A DNA stretch of 64,000 nucleotides from Rhodospirillaceae bacterium (GTDB lineage Bacteria > Pseudomonadota > Alphaproteobacteria > Rhodospirillales > UBA2165). Both the position numbers and the translations under genes were made by a program. Below the pieces are notes generated by a model. The model did no database searches and had not been told where the DNA came from. It saw only the letters and a list, made by a program, of their open reading frames with translations. The stretch covers positions 18,550-82,549 of the forward strand of contig JABIHH010000087.1 of NCBI GenBank assembly GCA_018649725.1, read 5' to 3'. Within the stretch, counting starts at the first letter, position 1. Each line of letters starts with the position of its first letter. Of this stretch, positions 17,786-28,290 are shown piece after piece.

Positions 17786-17925
17786 CAAATAAAGTCCCTA
17801 TCGAGTTTCGTTTTTGTACAATTTCATGTTACATGATTAAGATAATTTATCGGCGCTATAGTCGATATAGGTTAAAAAATCGGACGCTTCAAATCCGCAT
17901 CCAGAATTAAGGGAAAATATATACC

Positions 17926-19710
17926 ATGAAGACTTGGCCAAGTTTGATCGCGATGTTTTTCGAGCAGGCGGAAACATTGGGAGAAAAGCCGTTTCTGTGG
18001 GCAAAAAAGGACGGCACGTACCAGTCGATAAATTGGCGCGAGAGCGTTGAAATCATTTCCGGGTTGGCACGTGGCCTTAAATCTCTTGGCATTAACCCTG
18101 GCGATCGCGTCATGCTGTGTTCCGAGAATCGCCCCGAATGGCCCCTCGCCCATCTGGGCATCATGGCGGCGGGCGGTATTACAGTGCCGGCCTATACAAC
18201 AAATACCGTTAACGACCATGCTCATATTCTTGCAAATAGTGGTGCCAAGGGAGTGATCGTTTCCTCCAAAGCATTGGCCAAAAACCTGGTCCCGGCGGCG
18301 CATCAAACTGGCGACGTCAAATTCATTATATCTGTCGATGAACTCGATCTAAGCCAATCTCCCGGACCTGACATCCATACCTGGGAGGAGATTGTTGAGA
18401 AAGGCAAAAGCGAGCCTGATAATCTCGCCGAGTACATTGCCAGTGTAACCCGGGAAGACACAGCGATAATCATCTATACGTCTGGGACGGGCGGTGCGCC
18501 AAAGGGCGTTGTCCTGCCGCACCGGGCTATTATTCACAACTGCCGCGGTGCCTGTGATGCCATCGGAGAGCTTGGCTTGGATGATGAGATTTTTCTCTCC
18601 TTTCTACCGCTGTCGCATTCTTATGAATATACTGCCGGTGTCTGCTTTCCGATTTTCATCGGCGCGCAGGTTTATTTTTCCGAAGGCATTGAACATCTGT
18701 CAAAAAATATGGGCGAGGCCAAACCAACGATTATGACCGCCGTGCCAAGGTTGTATGAACTGATGCATGCCCGAATTACCAAAGGTGTCAAAGCGGCTGG
18801 TGGTCTCAAAGAGAAGTTGTTTATGAAGGCCGTGAAACTGGGCACTAAAAAATATGAGGACCCCGCCAGCCTTGGCTTTGGCGAGAAGATCACGGATGCA
18901 ATTGTCGATAAATTGGTAAGAGATAAAGTCCGTGGAAACTTTGGGGGTCACTTAAAAGTGCTGGTTTCTGGCGGGGCTCCTCTCAATGCTGAAATCGGTA
19001 TCTTTTTCACCGCCCTTGGGCTCAGGCTCCTGCAAGGCTACGGCCAAACGGAATCTGCTCCGGTTATTAGTGTTAACCGTCCAGGTTTGGTAAAAATGGA
19101 ATCTGTTGGCTCTCCGATCTTTGAGACAGAAGTAAAAATTGCCGAAGACGGCGAGATTCTCGTGCGAGGTGATCTTCTCATGACAGGCTATTGGCAAAAT
19201 GAAGACGCGACCAATGAAGTGATCAAGGACGGCTGGCTGCACACCGGTGATGTTGGCCTCATGGACAATGACAGCTACATCCAGATCACAGACCGAAAAA
19301 AGGATATCATCGTCAATTCAGGCGGCGACAATTTGTCGCCTCAACGGGTTGAAGGCTTTTTGACTTTGGAGCCGGAAATTTCTCAAGCGATGGTCTATGG
19401 TGATAAAAAACCACATATTGTTGCGCTGATTGTTCCAGATGAAGAATTTGCGAAAGAATGGGCCGTGGAGACCGGCAACTCGAATAATTTGGCTGAAATC
19501 ATCGAGAATGAAGATTTCCGCCGCCACGTGAGTGAAGCGGTTGACCGGGTAAATGAAAACCTCTCAGTTATCGAGCGGGTGCGCAGATTTATTCTCACTA
19601 CCGAAGCATTCACCGTCGACAATGAAATGATGACTCCAACGCTCAAAGTGAGGCGTCATGTTATTACCGAGAAATTCGGAGAGGACTTAGAAGCCCTTTT
19701 CGGTCGCTAA
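17926..19710 (+). CDS. AMP-forming long-chain acyl-CoA synthetase
   Basis: IIYTSGTGGAPKGVVL, GYGQTE, HTGDVG...ITDRKKD. Confidence 0.88.
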   Translation: MKTWPSLIAMFFEQAETLGEKPFLWAKKDGTYQSINWRESVEIISGLARGLKSLGINPGDRVMLCSENRPEWPLAHLGIMAAGGITVPAYTTNTVNDHAHILANSGAKGVIVSSKALAKNLVPAAHQTGDVKFIISVDELDLSQSPGPDIHTWEEIVEKGKSEPDNLAEYIASVTREDTAIIIYTSGTGGAPKGVVLPHRAIIHNCRGACDAIGELGLDDEIFLSFLPLSHSYEYTAGVCFPIFIGAQVYFSEGIEHLSKNMGEAKPTIMTAVPRLYELMHARITKGVKAAGGLKEKLFMKAVKLGTKKYEDPASLGFGEKITDAIVDKLVRDKVRGNFGGHLKVLVSGGAPLNAEIGIFFTALGLRLLQGYGQTESAPVISVNRPGLVKMESVGSPIFETEVKIAEDGEILVRGDLLMTGYWQNEDATNEVIKDGWLHTGDVGLMDNDSYIQITDRKKDIIVNSGGDNLSPQRVEGFLTLEPEISQAMVYGDKKPHIVALIVPDEEFAKEWAVETGNSNNLAEIIENEDFRRHVSEAVDRVNENLSVIERVRRFILTTEAFTVDNEMMTPTLKVRRHVITEKFGEDLEALFGR

Positions 19711-19714
19711 CAGT

Positions 19715-20596
19715 CTAAAGTTTCAAGACAAAGGCAAGCAAGAACGGCAAGATCGCAAAGGTAAACAGCGTTGACGTCACGACGAGGCCAGCGACTTCTT
19801 CCGGGTTATTTTTGTAGCGCATGGCGAGCATGTAGTTGAACACGGCCGCCGGCATGGAGCATTCCAGGACAAATACGCCGCGCACAACACCTTCCAAACC
19901 GAACAAATGGCTGACGATCAGGCCGACACCAAGACCCATGGTGAGCCGCACCAAACTAAGCGCCAAATTTCTGGGTATACTCGTTACTCTAAGTTTTGCC
20001 AGCGAAACGCCTAACATGATCAGCATCAGGGGAATCGCAAATTGGCCATAAATTTCCGCCGTGCTCGCAAGCCAGATAGGCAAATCATATTCTGCAACCA
20101 TTACGGCAAGCGCTGCTAAAACCGCATAAATCAGCGGATTTTTTAGCAATTCACGCGGTGAAAATGAACCCGATGCTATGCCCAATCCAACAGTGAATTG
20201 GGTCAAACTCACAATTGTGTACACAATGATGGCATATGCGAGTCCTTGATTGCCAAATGCTAAAAAGCACAACGGCAGACCGACATTGCCGGTATTGGGG
20301 ATCATTATCGCAGCCAAATAGGTCTGCAACTCCAACCTGGCCATTTTTAATACGGCGACACTGATCAGCCAGAAACAAACGACGGCAACAACAACAACCA
20401 TGGCCAGATCGGCAAATGCTTGCGGGTCGGTGTCTAATTTTGTCAGGGTCGAGAAGACGAGCAAGGGGGTTCCGAGGTTAAACACCAAGGACGTCACAAA
20501 TTCCGCGTCAAAGGGCTTATCCAGCCGGGCCCAGACAAAGCCAAAGGCGGCACCAAAAAAGACTGGTGCAATAATGGAAAATAATTGCGTGAACAT
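19715..20596 (-). CDS. AEC (auxin efflux carrier) family transporter
   Basis: 293-aa polytopic membrane protein with an N-terminus typical of the family, MFTQLFSIIAPVFFGAAFGF. Confidence 0.8.
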   Translation of the reverse strand: MFTQLFSIIAPVFFGAAFGFVWARLDKPFDAEFVTSLVFNLGTPLLVFSTLTKLDTDPQAFADLAMVVVVAVVCFWLISVAVLKMARLELQTYLAAIMIPNTGNVGLPLCFLAFGNQGLAYAIIVYTIVSLTQFTVGLGIASGSFSPRELLKNPLIYAVLAALAVMVAEYDLPIWLASTAEIYGQFAIPLMLIMLGVSLAKLRVTSIPRNLALSLVRLTMGLGVGLIVSHLFGLEGVVRGVFVLECSMPAAVFNYMLAMRYKNNPEEVAGLVVTSTLFTFAILPFLLAFVLKL

Positions 20597-20640
20597 GTTA
20601 AAGTTTTGCCGGAGGAATAAAGCGCCGTCAAGCTAGGCAC

Positions 20641-22107
20641 CTAATTGGAACCTGCCCGACGCGGCACGGACGGCGTTTCACCGACCCAGACAATACGCAG
20701 AACATTGGTGGCACCGGGAGTGCCAAACGGCACGCCTGCGGTAATTATCAAACGCTGCCCCTCGGTCGCAAATTCCTCTTTAATAGCAACATCAATGGCA
20801 CTATCAACGACATCGGCGAATTCTTGGAAATGAGAGGTTTCCACCGGATGCACACCCCAGGCTAAAACCATACGTCGTGCAGTCCTTATGTCAGGCGTTA
20901 ATCCTAATATCGGCACATCCGGGCGTTCACGTGCAGCCCGCAAGGTTGTCGACCCGGTGGTCGTAAAGGTTACAATAGCCGCTGCATCTAGCGTCTGGGC
21001 AACCTGCTTGGCTGCAGCCGTGATGGCATCCGCATCAGTGCCTCGAGTTTGACGACGGTCCCGCATTTGCGAAAGTTTATAATGATCATCCTGTTCGGCA
21101 CTTTGAATTATACGATTCATTATCGAGACGGCTTCAACCGGATATTCGCCCGCTGCCGTTTCCGCCGATAACATCACCGCATCCGCACCATCAAAAACAG
21201 CCGTCGCCACATCGGAGGCCTCTGCCCGGGTTGGTGTTGGTGAAGTAATCATACTTTCCAACATTTGGGTCGCTACAATCACAGGTTTACCCTCTGATCT
21301 CGCCCGCCGGATAATTTTTTTCTGCAACCCTGGCACGTCTTCTGGCGGTGCCTCAACGCCGAGATCACCGCGCGCAACCATCAAAGCGTCCGAGAGCTCA
21401 ACAATTTGCTTGAGATGCTCGATTGCCAATGGCTTTTCCATTTTTGCCAAAATTCCGGCCCGCCCGGCAATCAGTTTTCGAGCTTCAGCAACATCTTCCG
21501 GGCGCTGAACAAAGGACAGTGCAATCCAATCAACACCCATATCAAGTGCGAAATTAAGATCTTTTCGATCCTTTTCCGTCAAAGCCGACATCGGTAATAT
21601 GGCACCCGGTATATTGATACCTTTGTGATTTGATAACGTGCCGCCAACCAGCACCTTGGTTTCGACAGACTCCCCATTGTTCTTTTCAACGACAAGCCTC
21701 AATTTGCCATCATCAAGCAACAATTCAATACCCGGTTCCAAAGAGGGATAAATTTCGGGATTTGATATTGAGACACGTTTCAGATCGCCATCGTTGTCTT
21801 TATCAGAATCGAGAATAAACGTCGCGCCATTCTCCAACTCGATTTTGCCATCGGCAAAATTACTGACGCGGATTTTTGGGCCCTGCAAATCAGCGATGAC
21901 CCCAATCGGGCGACCATATTCCGCCTCAACCTTCCGAATAATGTCGAGGCGTTCTTTATGCTCTTCGTGCTTACCATGGCTGAAATTAAGCCTAAACACA
22001 TCCGCGCCGGCCTCAAATAACTTTGCAATCATTTCTGGGGATGTACTGGATGGACCTAACGTCGAAACTATTTTGGCAGCGCGATCTCTTTTCATAAGCG
22101 TAAGCAT
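20641..22107 (-). CDS. pyk: Pyruvate kinase
   Basis: KIVSTLGPSS, FRLNFSHG, MVARGDLGVE, ATQMLESM. Confidence 0.92.
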   Translation of the reverse strand: MLTLMKRDRAAKIVSTLGPSSTSPEMIAKLFEAGADVFRLNFSHGKHEEHKERLDIIRKVEAEYGRPIGVIADLQGPKIRVSNFADGKIELENGATFILDSDKDNDGDLKRVSISNPEIYPSLEPGIELLLDDGKLRLVVEKNNGESVETKVLVGGTLSNHKGINIPGAILPMSALTEKDRKDLNFALDMGVDWIALSFVQRPEDVAEARKLIAGRAGILAKMEKPLAIEHLKQIVELSDALMVARGDLGVEAPPEDVPGLQKKIIRRARSEGKPVIVATQMLESMITSPTPTRAEASDVATAVFDGADAVMLSAETAAGEYPVEAVSIMNRIIQSAEQDDHYKLSQMRDRRQTRGTDADAITAAAKQVAQTLDAAAIVTFTTTGSTTLRAARERPDVPILGLTPDIRTARRMVLAWGVHPVETSHFQEFADVVDSAIDVAIKEEFATEGQRLIITAGVPFGTPGATNVLRIVWVGETPSVPRRAGSN

Positions 22108-22230
22108 AAGGTCTTTTTATCGGAAGTCACCTTTAAAAAATTCCAAGTTTCACTTTAATCTATGCTCATTTTTTAGTTTCTGATGCCATCGGGTATGGTT
22201 TTAGGTCGGTGTTTTGGATATGATTGGGTC

Positions 22231-22611
22231 ATGTTTGGTATTTTTTCAAAATCAAAAAAAGCTTCTTCGAAAAAGAAAAAGACGAAGGGCAAGAAGGCTG
22301 GCAAAGCGCCTCGGGATAAGAATGTGGCAGCTGAGTCGGAATCAGCGGTAGAGGCACAGCCATCGCCGCCGCCCTCCTCGTCTGAGAGCATTGCTTCAGC
22401 TCAGGGCAAGCTCGACCAAGCCAAGGCCAATCTGGAGGCCGGTAATTTTAAAACCAAACTCGCCCCTGGCGACCGTCAGGCTCTAATTGAACAAGCAATG
22501 GCGGTCCACAAAGAACAATCTAAATTATTAGATGATTTAGACGATGCGACCAGACAGCGCCTCCGCGATTTTGCGATGGAAAAGGTGTTTAAAATTTCAG
22601 ATAAGAACTGA
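22231..22611 (+). CDS. Hypothetical protein with a poly-Lys N-terminus and a helical C-terminus
   Basis: MFGIFSKSKKASSKKKKTKGKKAGKAPRDK... No family recognised. Start set to ATG 22231. Confidence 0.4.
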   Translation: MFGIFSKSKKASSKKKKTKGKKAGKAPRDKNVAAESESAVEAQPSPPPSSSESIASAQGKLDQAKANLEAGNFKTKLAPGDRQALIEQAMAVHKEQSKLLDDLDDATRQRLRDFAMEKVFKISDKN

Positions 22612-22825
22612 TTTACGTTTCACTATCGAGTTCACTCTTTTGAGCACCTTTATTGAACTTGTAGGGCGGGTGAGTTGGGCTCCTAACCTATTGTTTTAAA
22701 ACAATTTAGGTAATTTTTCTGAAATATTTTGAAATAAAACCTTTGTCCTCAATTGAAGTATACCCATCTACATAGAAGTTGTTCGATATTGGATGACGCT
22801 TTAATTGAATAAAACGGTAGATTAA

Positions 22826-23356
22826 ATGACAGATCTCAGTGAAGAAGCCTCTCTCAAGAAGGAACTTGCAGGCTTATTTCAGTACATGCAGCGTGTACGG
22901 GAAGAAATTGCGGCCATCCATTATCCTGCAGATGATGAAAATCGTTTCGAGAAGATGAGCGATCAATTAGATGCCATTGTTGAAACTACAAAATCGGCAA
23001 CTGATCAAATTATGCAGACCGTAGAACAGAGCGAGGACTTACTCCAAGAGTTGCGTGACAGCTTAACCGATGAAGATGCGCTAGCTAAGATTGACAAAAT
23101 ATCCGCCTCTAATTCCGGATTATTTGAAGCCTGCTCGTTTCAAGATCTCACCGGCCAACGAATCAGCAAGGTCGTCAAGTCACTCACCTATGTTGAAGAC
23201 CGCGTCGAATCCTTAATTGAAGCCTGGGGCAAATCCGAACTTGAGAAAATTGCTGTTGCAAGTGAAGATAAATCTGAAGACGAAAAATTACTCAATGGCC
23301 CGCAACGCCAGGACGAGGCAATCAGCCAGTCTGAAATCGACGCCCTTTTCGATTAA
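22826..23356 (+). CDS. cheZ: CheZ-like CheY-P phosphatase
   Basis: The catalytic motif ACSFQDLTGQRISKV retains the D and Q equivalents of E. coli D143/Q147. The C-terminal SQSEIDALFD resembles the CheY-binding peptide. Confidence 0.75.
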   Translation: MTDLSEEASLKKELAGLFQYMQRVREEIAAIHYPADDENRFEKMSDQLDAIVETTKSATDQIMQTVEQSEDLLQELRDSLTDEDALAKIDKISASNSGLFEACSFQDLTGQRISKVVKSLTYVEDRVESLIEAWGKSELEKIAVASEDKSEDEKLLNGPQRQDEAISQSEIDALFD

Positions 23357-23361
23357 GTAAT

Positions 23362-24543
23362 TTAGCGGGTAAGCTCGCGCATCCCTCGATCAAGACCATC
23401 CAAGGTAAGCGGATACATCCGATCCCCCATGACACGCTTGATTTCTCGGATCGTCGGCGTCGTTTGCCAGTAATCTTCCGGCACCGGATTGAGCCAAATC
23501 GACCGACTATAGACATCAAGAATTCTGTTTAGCCAAATAGTGCCCGGCTCTTCATTCCAATGTTCGACACTGCCGCCCGGATAAGCGATTTCATAGGGGC
23601 TCATGGTCGCATCTCCGACAAAGATGAGTTTGTAATCGGCTGGATAGGTATGCAATACGTCCCATGTCATGATCGAGTCAACATGACGCCGGTCATTATT
23701 CTTCCACACGCGTTCATAAAGACAGTTATGAAAATAAAAATATTCGAGATGTTTAAACTCACTGCGGACGGCTGAAAACAGTTCCTCACAAGTCTTAATG
23801 TGGTAATCCATCGATCCGCCAATATCAAAGAGGATGAGAACCTTCACGGTATTGTGGCGTTCGGGTACCATTTTAATGTCGAGCAATCCGGCATTCTTCG
23901 CCGTCGAATTAATCGTGTCTGGTAGGTCCAACTCGGTCGCCGCGCCGTCTCTGGCAAAGCGGCGCAGACGGCGAAGGGCTACTTTGATATTGCGCGTGCC
24001 GATCTCAACCTGATCATCAAGATTTCGATATTGTCTTTTGTCCCAAACCTTGACGGCACGGCCATGGCGGCCTTTGTCCTGGCCGATGCGTACACCTTCT
24101 GGGTTATAGCCATTTGCACCAAAAGGAGATGTGCCGCCGGTGCCAATCCATTTGCTCCCACCTTGGTGACGTTTCTCTTGCTCATCGAGGCGTTTACGCA
24201 GCTCTTCCATCAGCTTGTCTAAGCCGCCCAAGGCTTCAATCTTGGCCATTTCTTCCGGCGTCATCACCTTCTCGGCCAAAGAGCGCAGCCAGTCTTCCGG
24301 AATTTCGGCAACCACTTCCTCTTCGGCGGTAAATTCAAGCCCTTCAAAGCATTTACCGAAAACCTGATCGAACTTATCGAGATTGCGCTCATCCTTTACC
24401 AGGCAAGAGCGCGCGAGATAATAGAAGTCATCGACTTTATAATCGGCGACGCCTTTTTCCATCGCTTCCAGCAGGGTCAGGTATTCCCGCAAGGAAACAG
24501 GCACTTTAGCATCACGTAGGGTCAGAAAAAAATCGGTAAACAT
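23362..24543 (-). CDS. VWA-domain protein (CoxE-like partner of a MoxR ATPase)
   Basis: 393 aa with a VWA core near VLILFDIGGSMDYH and the conserved N-terminal FFLTLRDAKVPVSLREYLTLLEA. Confidence 0.8.
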   Translation of the reverse strand: MFTDFFLTLRDAKVPVSLREYLTLLEAMEKGVADYKVDDFYYLARSCLVKDERNLDKFDQVFGKCFEGLEFTAEEEVVAEIPEDWLRSLAEKVMTPEEMAKIEALGGLDKLMEELRKRLDEQEKRHQGGSKWIGTGGTSPFGANGYNPEGVRIGQDKGRHGRAVKVWDKRQYRNLDDQVEIGTRNIKVALRRLRRFARDGAATELDLPDTINSTAKNAGLLDIKMVPERHNTVKVLILFDIGGSMDYHIKTCEELFSAVRSEFKHLEYFYFHNCLYERVWKNNDRRHVDSIMTWDVLHTYPADYKLIFVGDATMSPYEIAYPGGSVEHWNEEPGTIWLNRILDVYSRSIWLNPVPEDYWQTTPTIREIKRVMGDRMYPLTLDGLDRGMRELTR

Positions 24544-24563
24544 TGATTTTCCCTATTCGCTAA

Positions 24564-25409
24564 TCAGCGTTCTTCCTGACGATTGATAAAGGCGAGTTTT
24601 TCAAACAGATGAACATCCTGCTCGTTCTTGAGCAGCGCGCCATAAAGCGGCGGGATGATGTCCTTGCCCTCTTTCATCTTCAATGCTTCGGGCGGGATAT
24701 CTTCTACCATCAACAGCTTGATCCAATCGAGCAACTCAGAAGTTGTCGGCTTTTTCTTCAAACCCGGCACATCGCGCATTTGATAAAAAGCATTTAGGGC
24801 TTCGCGTACCAGATTGCGTTGAATGTCAGGGAAATGCACATCGATGATTTCCTTCATGACGTCTTCATCCGGAAATGAAATGTAGTGGAAAAAACAGCGG
24901 CGCAGGAAAGCGTCCGGTAGTTCTTTCTCATTATTTGAGGTGATGATCACGATCGGACGTTGAGCCGCCTTAATTGTCTCATTGGTTTCATAAACATGGA
25001 ATTCCATGCGATCCAATTCGAGCAACAAATCATTCGGGAACTCAATATCAGCTTTATCAATTTCGTCGATCAGCAAAATGGGCAGGTCATCCGAACTGAA
25101 CGCGTCCCACAATTTGCCGCGTTTGATATAATTTGAGATATCGTGGACTTTTTCATCGCCCAATTGGGAATCCCTGAGCCGAGATACCGCATCATACTCA
25201 TAGAGCCCCTGCTGAGCTTTCGTGGTGGACTTAACATGCCATTCGATCAGAGGTCGGCCAAGGGCTTCGGCAATCTCATGGGCCAACACGGTCTTTCCGG
25301 TACCCGGCTCACCTTTTACCAAGAGCGGGCGCTCGAGCGCGATCGCGCCATTAACCGCTACCATCAAATCTTCGGTCGCGACGTAATTATCGGTACCTGA
25401 GAACTTCAT
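24564..25409 (-). CDS. MoxR-family AAA+ ATPase
   Basis: Walker A GEPGTGKT, Walker B LLIDEIDKA, and RRCFFHYI typical of the CbbQ/NorQ/MoxR group. Confidence 0.85.
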   Translation of the reverse strand: MKFSGTDNYVATEDLMVAVNGAIALERPLLVKGEPGTGKTVLAHEIAEALGRPLIEWHVKSTTKAQQGLYEYDAVSRLRDSQLGDEKVHDISNYIKRGKLWDAFSSDDLPILLIDEIDKADIEFPNDLLLELDRMEFHVYETNETIKAAQRPIVIITSNNEKELPDAFLRRCFFHYISFPDEDVMKEIIDVHFPDIQRNLVREALNAFYQMRDVPGLKKKPTTSELLDWIKLLMVEDIPPEALKMKEGKDIIPPLYGALLKNEQDVHLFEKLAFINRQEER

Positions 25410-25442
25410 ATGCTTATCCTTAAATCTATTGCAGTTCGGTAA

Positions 25443-28085
25443 CTAGCCGATTGCTTCTTCAATTGCCGTGAGTGCAGCTTCCGCCTTACCGCCATCGGGG
25501 CCACCGGCCTGAGCCATATCAGGGCGGCCACCGCCCCCTTTGCCGCCAACAGCAGCCGAGCCCGCTTTCACCAAATCAACCGCACTTCTCTCGCCGGTAA
25601 GGTCATCGGTAACTCCTACCACTAGGGACGCTTTGCCTTCATTAACACTTATCAAGGCGACAACACCGGACCCCAACTGGCCCTTAAAATCATCGGCGAG
25701 GCTTTTGAGATCTTTAGCCGGAACATTGTCCAAAATCTTTCCCAGAAACTTAGTGCCGTTGATTTCTTTGATGTCGGCATCCGATCCGCCGCCACCGCCG
25801 CCGGTCGCCAATTGACGACGAAGCTCGGTGATTTCTTTTTCCATCTTGCGGCGCTCATCAAGCAGGCCTTCAATTCGGCCCGGCACATCGGCGGGCGATA
25901 CTTTTAGAACAGCTGCCGCATCGCCAAGCGCTTTGGATTCCCCCGCAATATAGCTTTGCGCAGCAGCACCTGTGACGGCTTCGATACGCCGCACCCCTGC
26001 TGCAACAGCGCTTTCTGAGACAATTCGGAACAAGCCGATATCACCTGTGCGATGGGCATGGGTGCCGCCACAAAGCTCGGTCGAATAAGCTTCATTGCCA
26101 GCAGACCCCATCGCGACAACCCGCACTTCATCACCGTATTTCTCACCAAACAGCGCCATCGCGCCCGCTTCGATCGCTTCATCGGGCGTCATCAGGCGGG
26201 TCGAAACTTCACTATTGCCGCGCACTTGAATATTGACCTGATCTTCAACAATTGAGAGGTCCTCTAACGTCATGGCTTTTGGGTGAGATACATCAAAGCG
26301 CAGACGCTCACCGGCAACCAGGGATCCTTTCTGAGCAATGTGATCGCCCAACTGATTGCGGAGCGCAGAATGCAGAAGGTGGGTTGCCGAATGATGGGCC
26401 CGCAAGGCTGAGCGGCGCTCATGATCAACGGCTAATTGGACTTCATCACCGACCTTGAGAGCGCCGCCTGATACTTTGCCGATATGGATATGAAGGTCGC
26501 CCAGCTTTTTCTGGGTCTCCGTAATCGTAACCGTCAGACCACCTTCAATCGAGATCACGCCCTGGTCGCCTTCCTGGCCACCCGACTCGCCATAAAACGG
26601 CGTTTGATTGAGGATGATAGCGACGTTTGAGCCTTCTTGGGCTTCTTGAACTTCTTCACCGTCGACAACGAGCGCAATGACTTGGCCTTCTGCGCTTTCA
26701 ACTTCATAGCCGAGGAACTCTGTCGCGCCGGTTTTTTCGTGAATATCAAACCACACCTGATCGGTTGCCGCATCACCTGAGCCGGACCATGCTGCCCTCG
26801 CATCAGCGCGCTGCTTTTCCATCGCGGTATTAAAGCCGTCAAGGTCGACGCTATAGCCCTGCCCCCGAAGGGCATCCTGGGTAAGATCGAGCGGGAAGCC
26901 GAAAGTGTCATAGAGTTTGAACGCAACATCACCCGGCAACTCGCCGCCATCAGCCAATTTTTCGGTCTCTTCCTCAAGCAGGCCCAGACCGCGATCAAGG
27001 GTGCGCTTAAAGCGGTTTTCTTCGAGCTCCAGTGTTTCGGTGATCAGCGCCTGCGCTCGGGTGAGTTCTGGAAAAGCTTGGCCCATCTGCTGCACGAGCG
27101 TCGGCACGAGCTTAAACAACAGCGGATCTTCACAGCCCATCAGATGAGCATGGCGCATGGCACGGCGCATAATACGCCTCAGCACATAACCCCGGCCCTC
27201 ATTAGAGGGCAGCACGCCATCAGCGATCAAAAAGCTGGTCGCCCGCACATGATCGGCAATGACCCGGTGAGAGACATTATGATCGCCATCTGCCGGCGTG
27301 CCCGAGGTCTCGGCAGAGGCATTGATCAACGCCTTAAACAAATCGGTTTCGTAATTGTCATGGGTGCCTTGCAGCACGGCGGAAATACGCTCCAATCCCA
27401 TACCGGTATCGATGCTGGGCTTCGGCAGGTCAATGCGTTCATCAGCGCTCAATTGCTCATATTGCATGAAGACGAGATTCCAAATCTCAATGAAACGATC
27501 GCCATCTTCATCCGGCGAGCCCGGAGGGCCACCTGGAATGTGATCGCCATGATCATAAAAAATCTCGGAACACGGCCCGCAAGGCCCGGTATCTCCCATC
27601 GACCAGAAATTATCACTGGTTGGAATGCGAATGATTTTATCGTCACTGAGGCCAGCAATTTTCTGCCACAAATCATATGCCTGATCATCTTCGGCGAAGA
27701 CCGTCACCAAAAGCTTATCAACCTGCAGGCCGTATTCCTTGGTGATCAAATTCCAGGCGAACTCAATCGCCTCGTCTTTGAAATAATCACCAAAAGAGAA
27801 ATTACCCAGCATCTCAAAAAATGTGTGGTGGCGGGTGGTATAGCCGACATTCTCAAGATCATTATGCTTACCACCGGCGCGCACGCATTTCTGCGATGTT
27901 GCGGCGCGCGAATAGTCGCGTGTTTCCTGGCCGGTAAAGGTGTTCTTAAATTGCACCATGCCGGCATTGGTAAACATCAATGTCGGATCATTTTGCGGCA
28001 CCAAGGGCGATGAGGAGACAACCTCATGACCTTGCTTAGCAAAGTAATCGAGAAAGAGGGCGCGAATATCGTTTGTGGACTGCAT
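25443..28085 (-). CDS. alaS: Alanine--tRNA ligase
   Basis: 880 aa with [23 protein letters not shown], the editing-domain HxxxH/CGGTH motifs and a C-terminal DHHA1 region. Confidence 0.97.
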   Translation of the reverse strand: MQSTNDIRALFLDYFAKQGHEVVSSSPLVPQNDPTLMFTNAGMVQFKNTFTGQETRDYSRAATSQKCVRAGGKHNDLENVGYTTRHHTFFEMLGNFSFGDYFKDEAIEFAWNLITKEYGLQVDKLLVTVFAEDDQAYDLWQKIAGLSDDKIIRIPTSDNFWSMGDTGPCGPCSEIFYDHGDHIPGGPPGSPDEDGDRFIEIWNLVFMQYEQLSADERIDLPKPSIDTGMGLERISAVLQGTHDNYETDLFKALINASAETSGTPADGDHNVSHRVIADHVRATSFLIADGVLPSNEGRGYVLRRIMRRAMRHAHLMGCEDPLLFKLVPTLVQQMGQAFPELTRAQALITETLELEENRFKRTLDRGLGLLEEETEKLADGGELPGDVAFKLYDTFGFPLDLTQDALRGQGYSVDLDGFNTAMEKQRADARAAWSGSGDAATDQVWFDIHEKTGATEFLGYEVESAEGQVIALVVDGEEVQEAQEGSNVAIILNQTPFYGESGGQEGDQGVISIEGGLTVTITETQKKLGDLHIHIGKVSGGALKVGDEVQLAVDHERRSALRAHHSATHLLHSALRNQLGDHIAQKGSLVAGERLRFDVSHPKAMTLEDLSIVEDQVNIQVRGNSEVSTRLMTPDEAIEAGAMALFGEKYGDEVRVVAMGSAGNEAYSTELCGGTHAHRTGDIGLFRIVSESAVAAGVRRIEAVTGAAAQSYIAGESKALGDAAAVLKVSPADVPGRIEGLLDERRKMEKEITELRRQLATGGGGGGSDADIKEINGTKFLGKILDNVPAKDLKSLADDFKGQLGSGVVALISVNEGKASLVVGVTDDLTGERSAVDLVKAGSAAVGGKGGGGRPDMAQAGGPDGGKAEAALTAIEEAIG

Positions 28086-28184
28086 ATTTGTTACCGTTAC
28101 TAACTATAAACGAACTTTATATTATCCCTTGGGCTTTTACCGTGCAAATTAGGGCATGTCCAGGAATCGCGGCACATTCCTGCC

Positions 28185-28206
28185 TGTACCCAGCATGTAC
28201 CCTGCA
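28185..28206. repeat. Two tandem 11-mers upstream of alaS (TGTACCCAGCA / TGTACCCTGCA)
   Basis: Read directly. 10 of 11 positions are identical and the copies are one helical turn apart. An inverted repeat CAGGAAT-8 nt-ATTCCTG lies beside them at 28161-28182. Confidence 0.6.
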
Positions 28207-28221
28207 TTGACAATAAACACC

Positions 28222-28253
28222 AAAAACGGCCTCTGAGATTATCTCAAAGGCCG
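28222..28253 (-). terminator. Intrinsic terminator after recA
   Basis: Minus-strand RNA forms CGGCCUUUGAGA-UAA-UCUCAGAGGCCG (12 bp, one G-U pair) followed by UUUUUGG. Confidence 0.7.
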
Positions 28254-28290
28254 CTTCCGTGATTGTTAGGAGATGCTGGAAAAATTTGTC

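Noticed and set aside
27078-28013. 311-aa ORF on the plus strand
   Set aside because: It lies entirely antisense to alaS, whose frame carries unmistakable AlaRS motifs. The antisense translation has no recognisable motif, so this is a typical shadow ORF.
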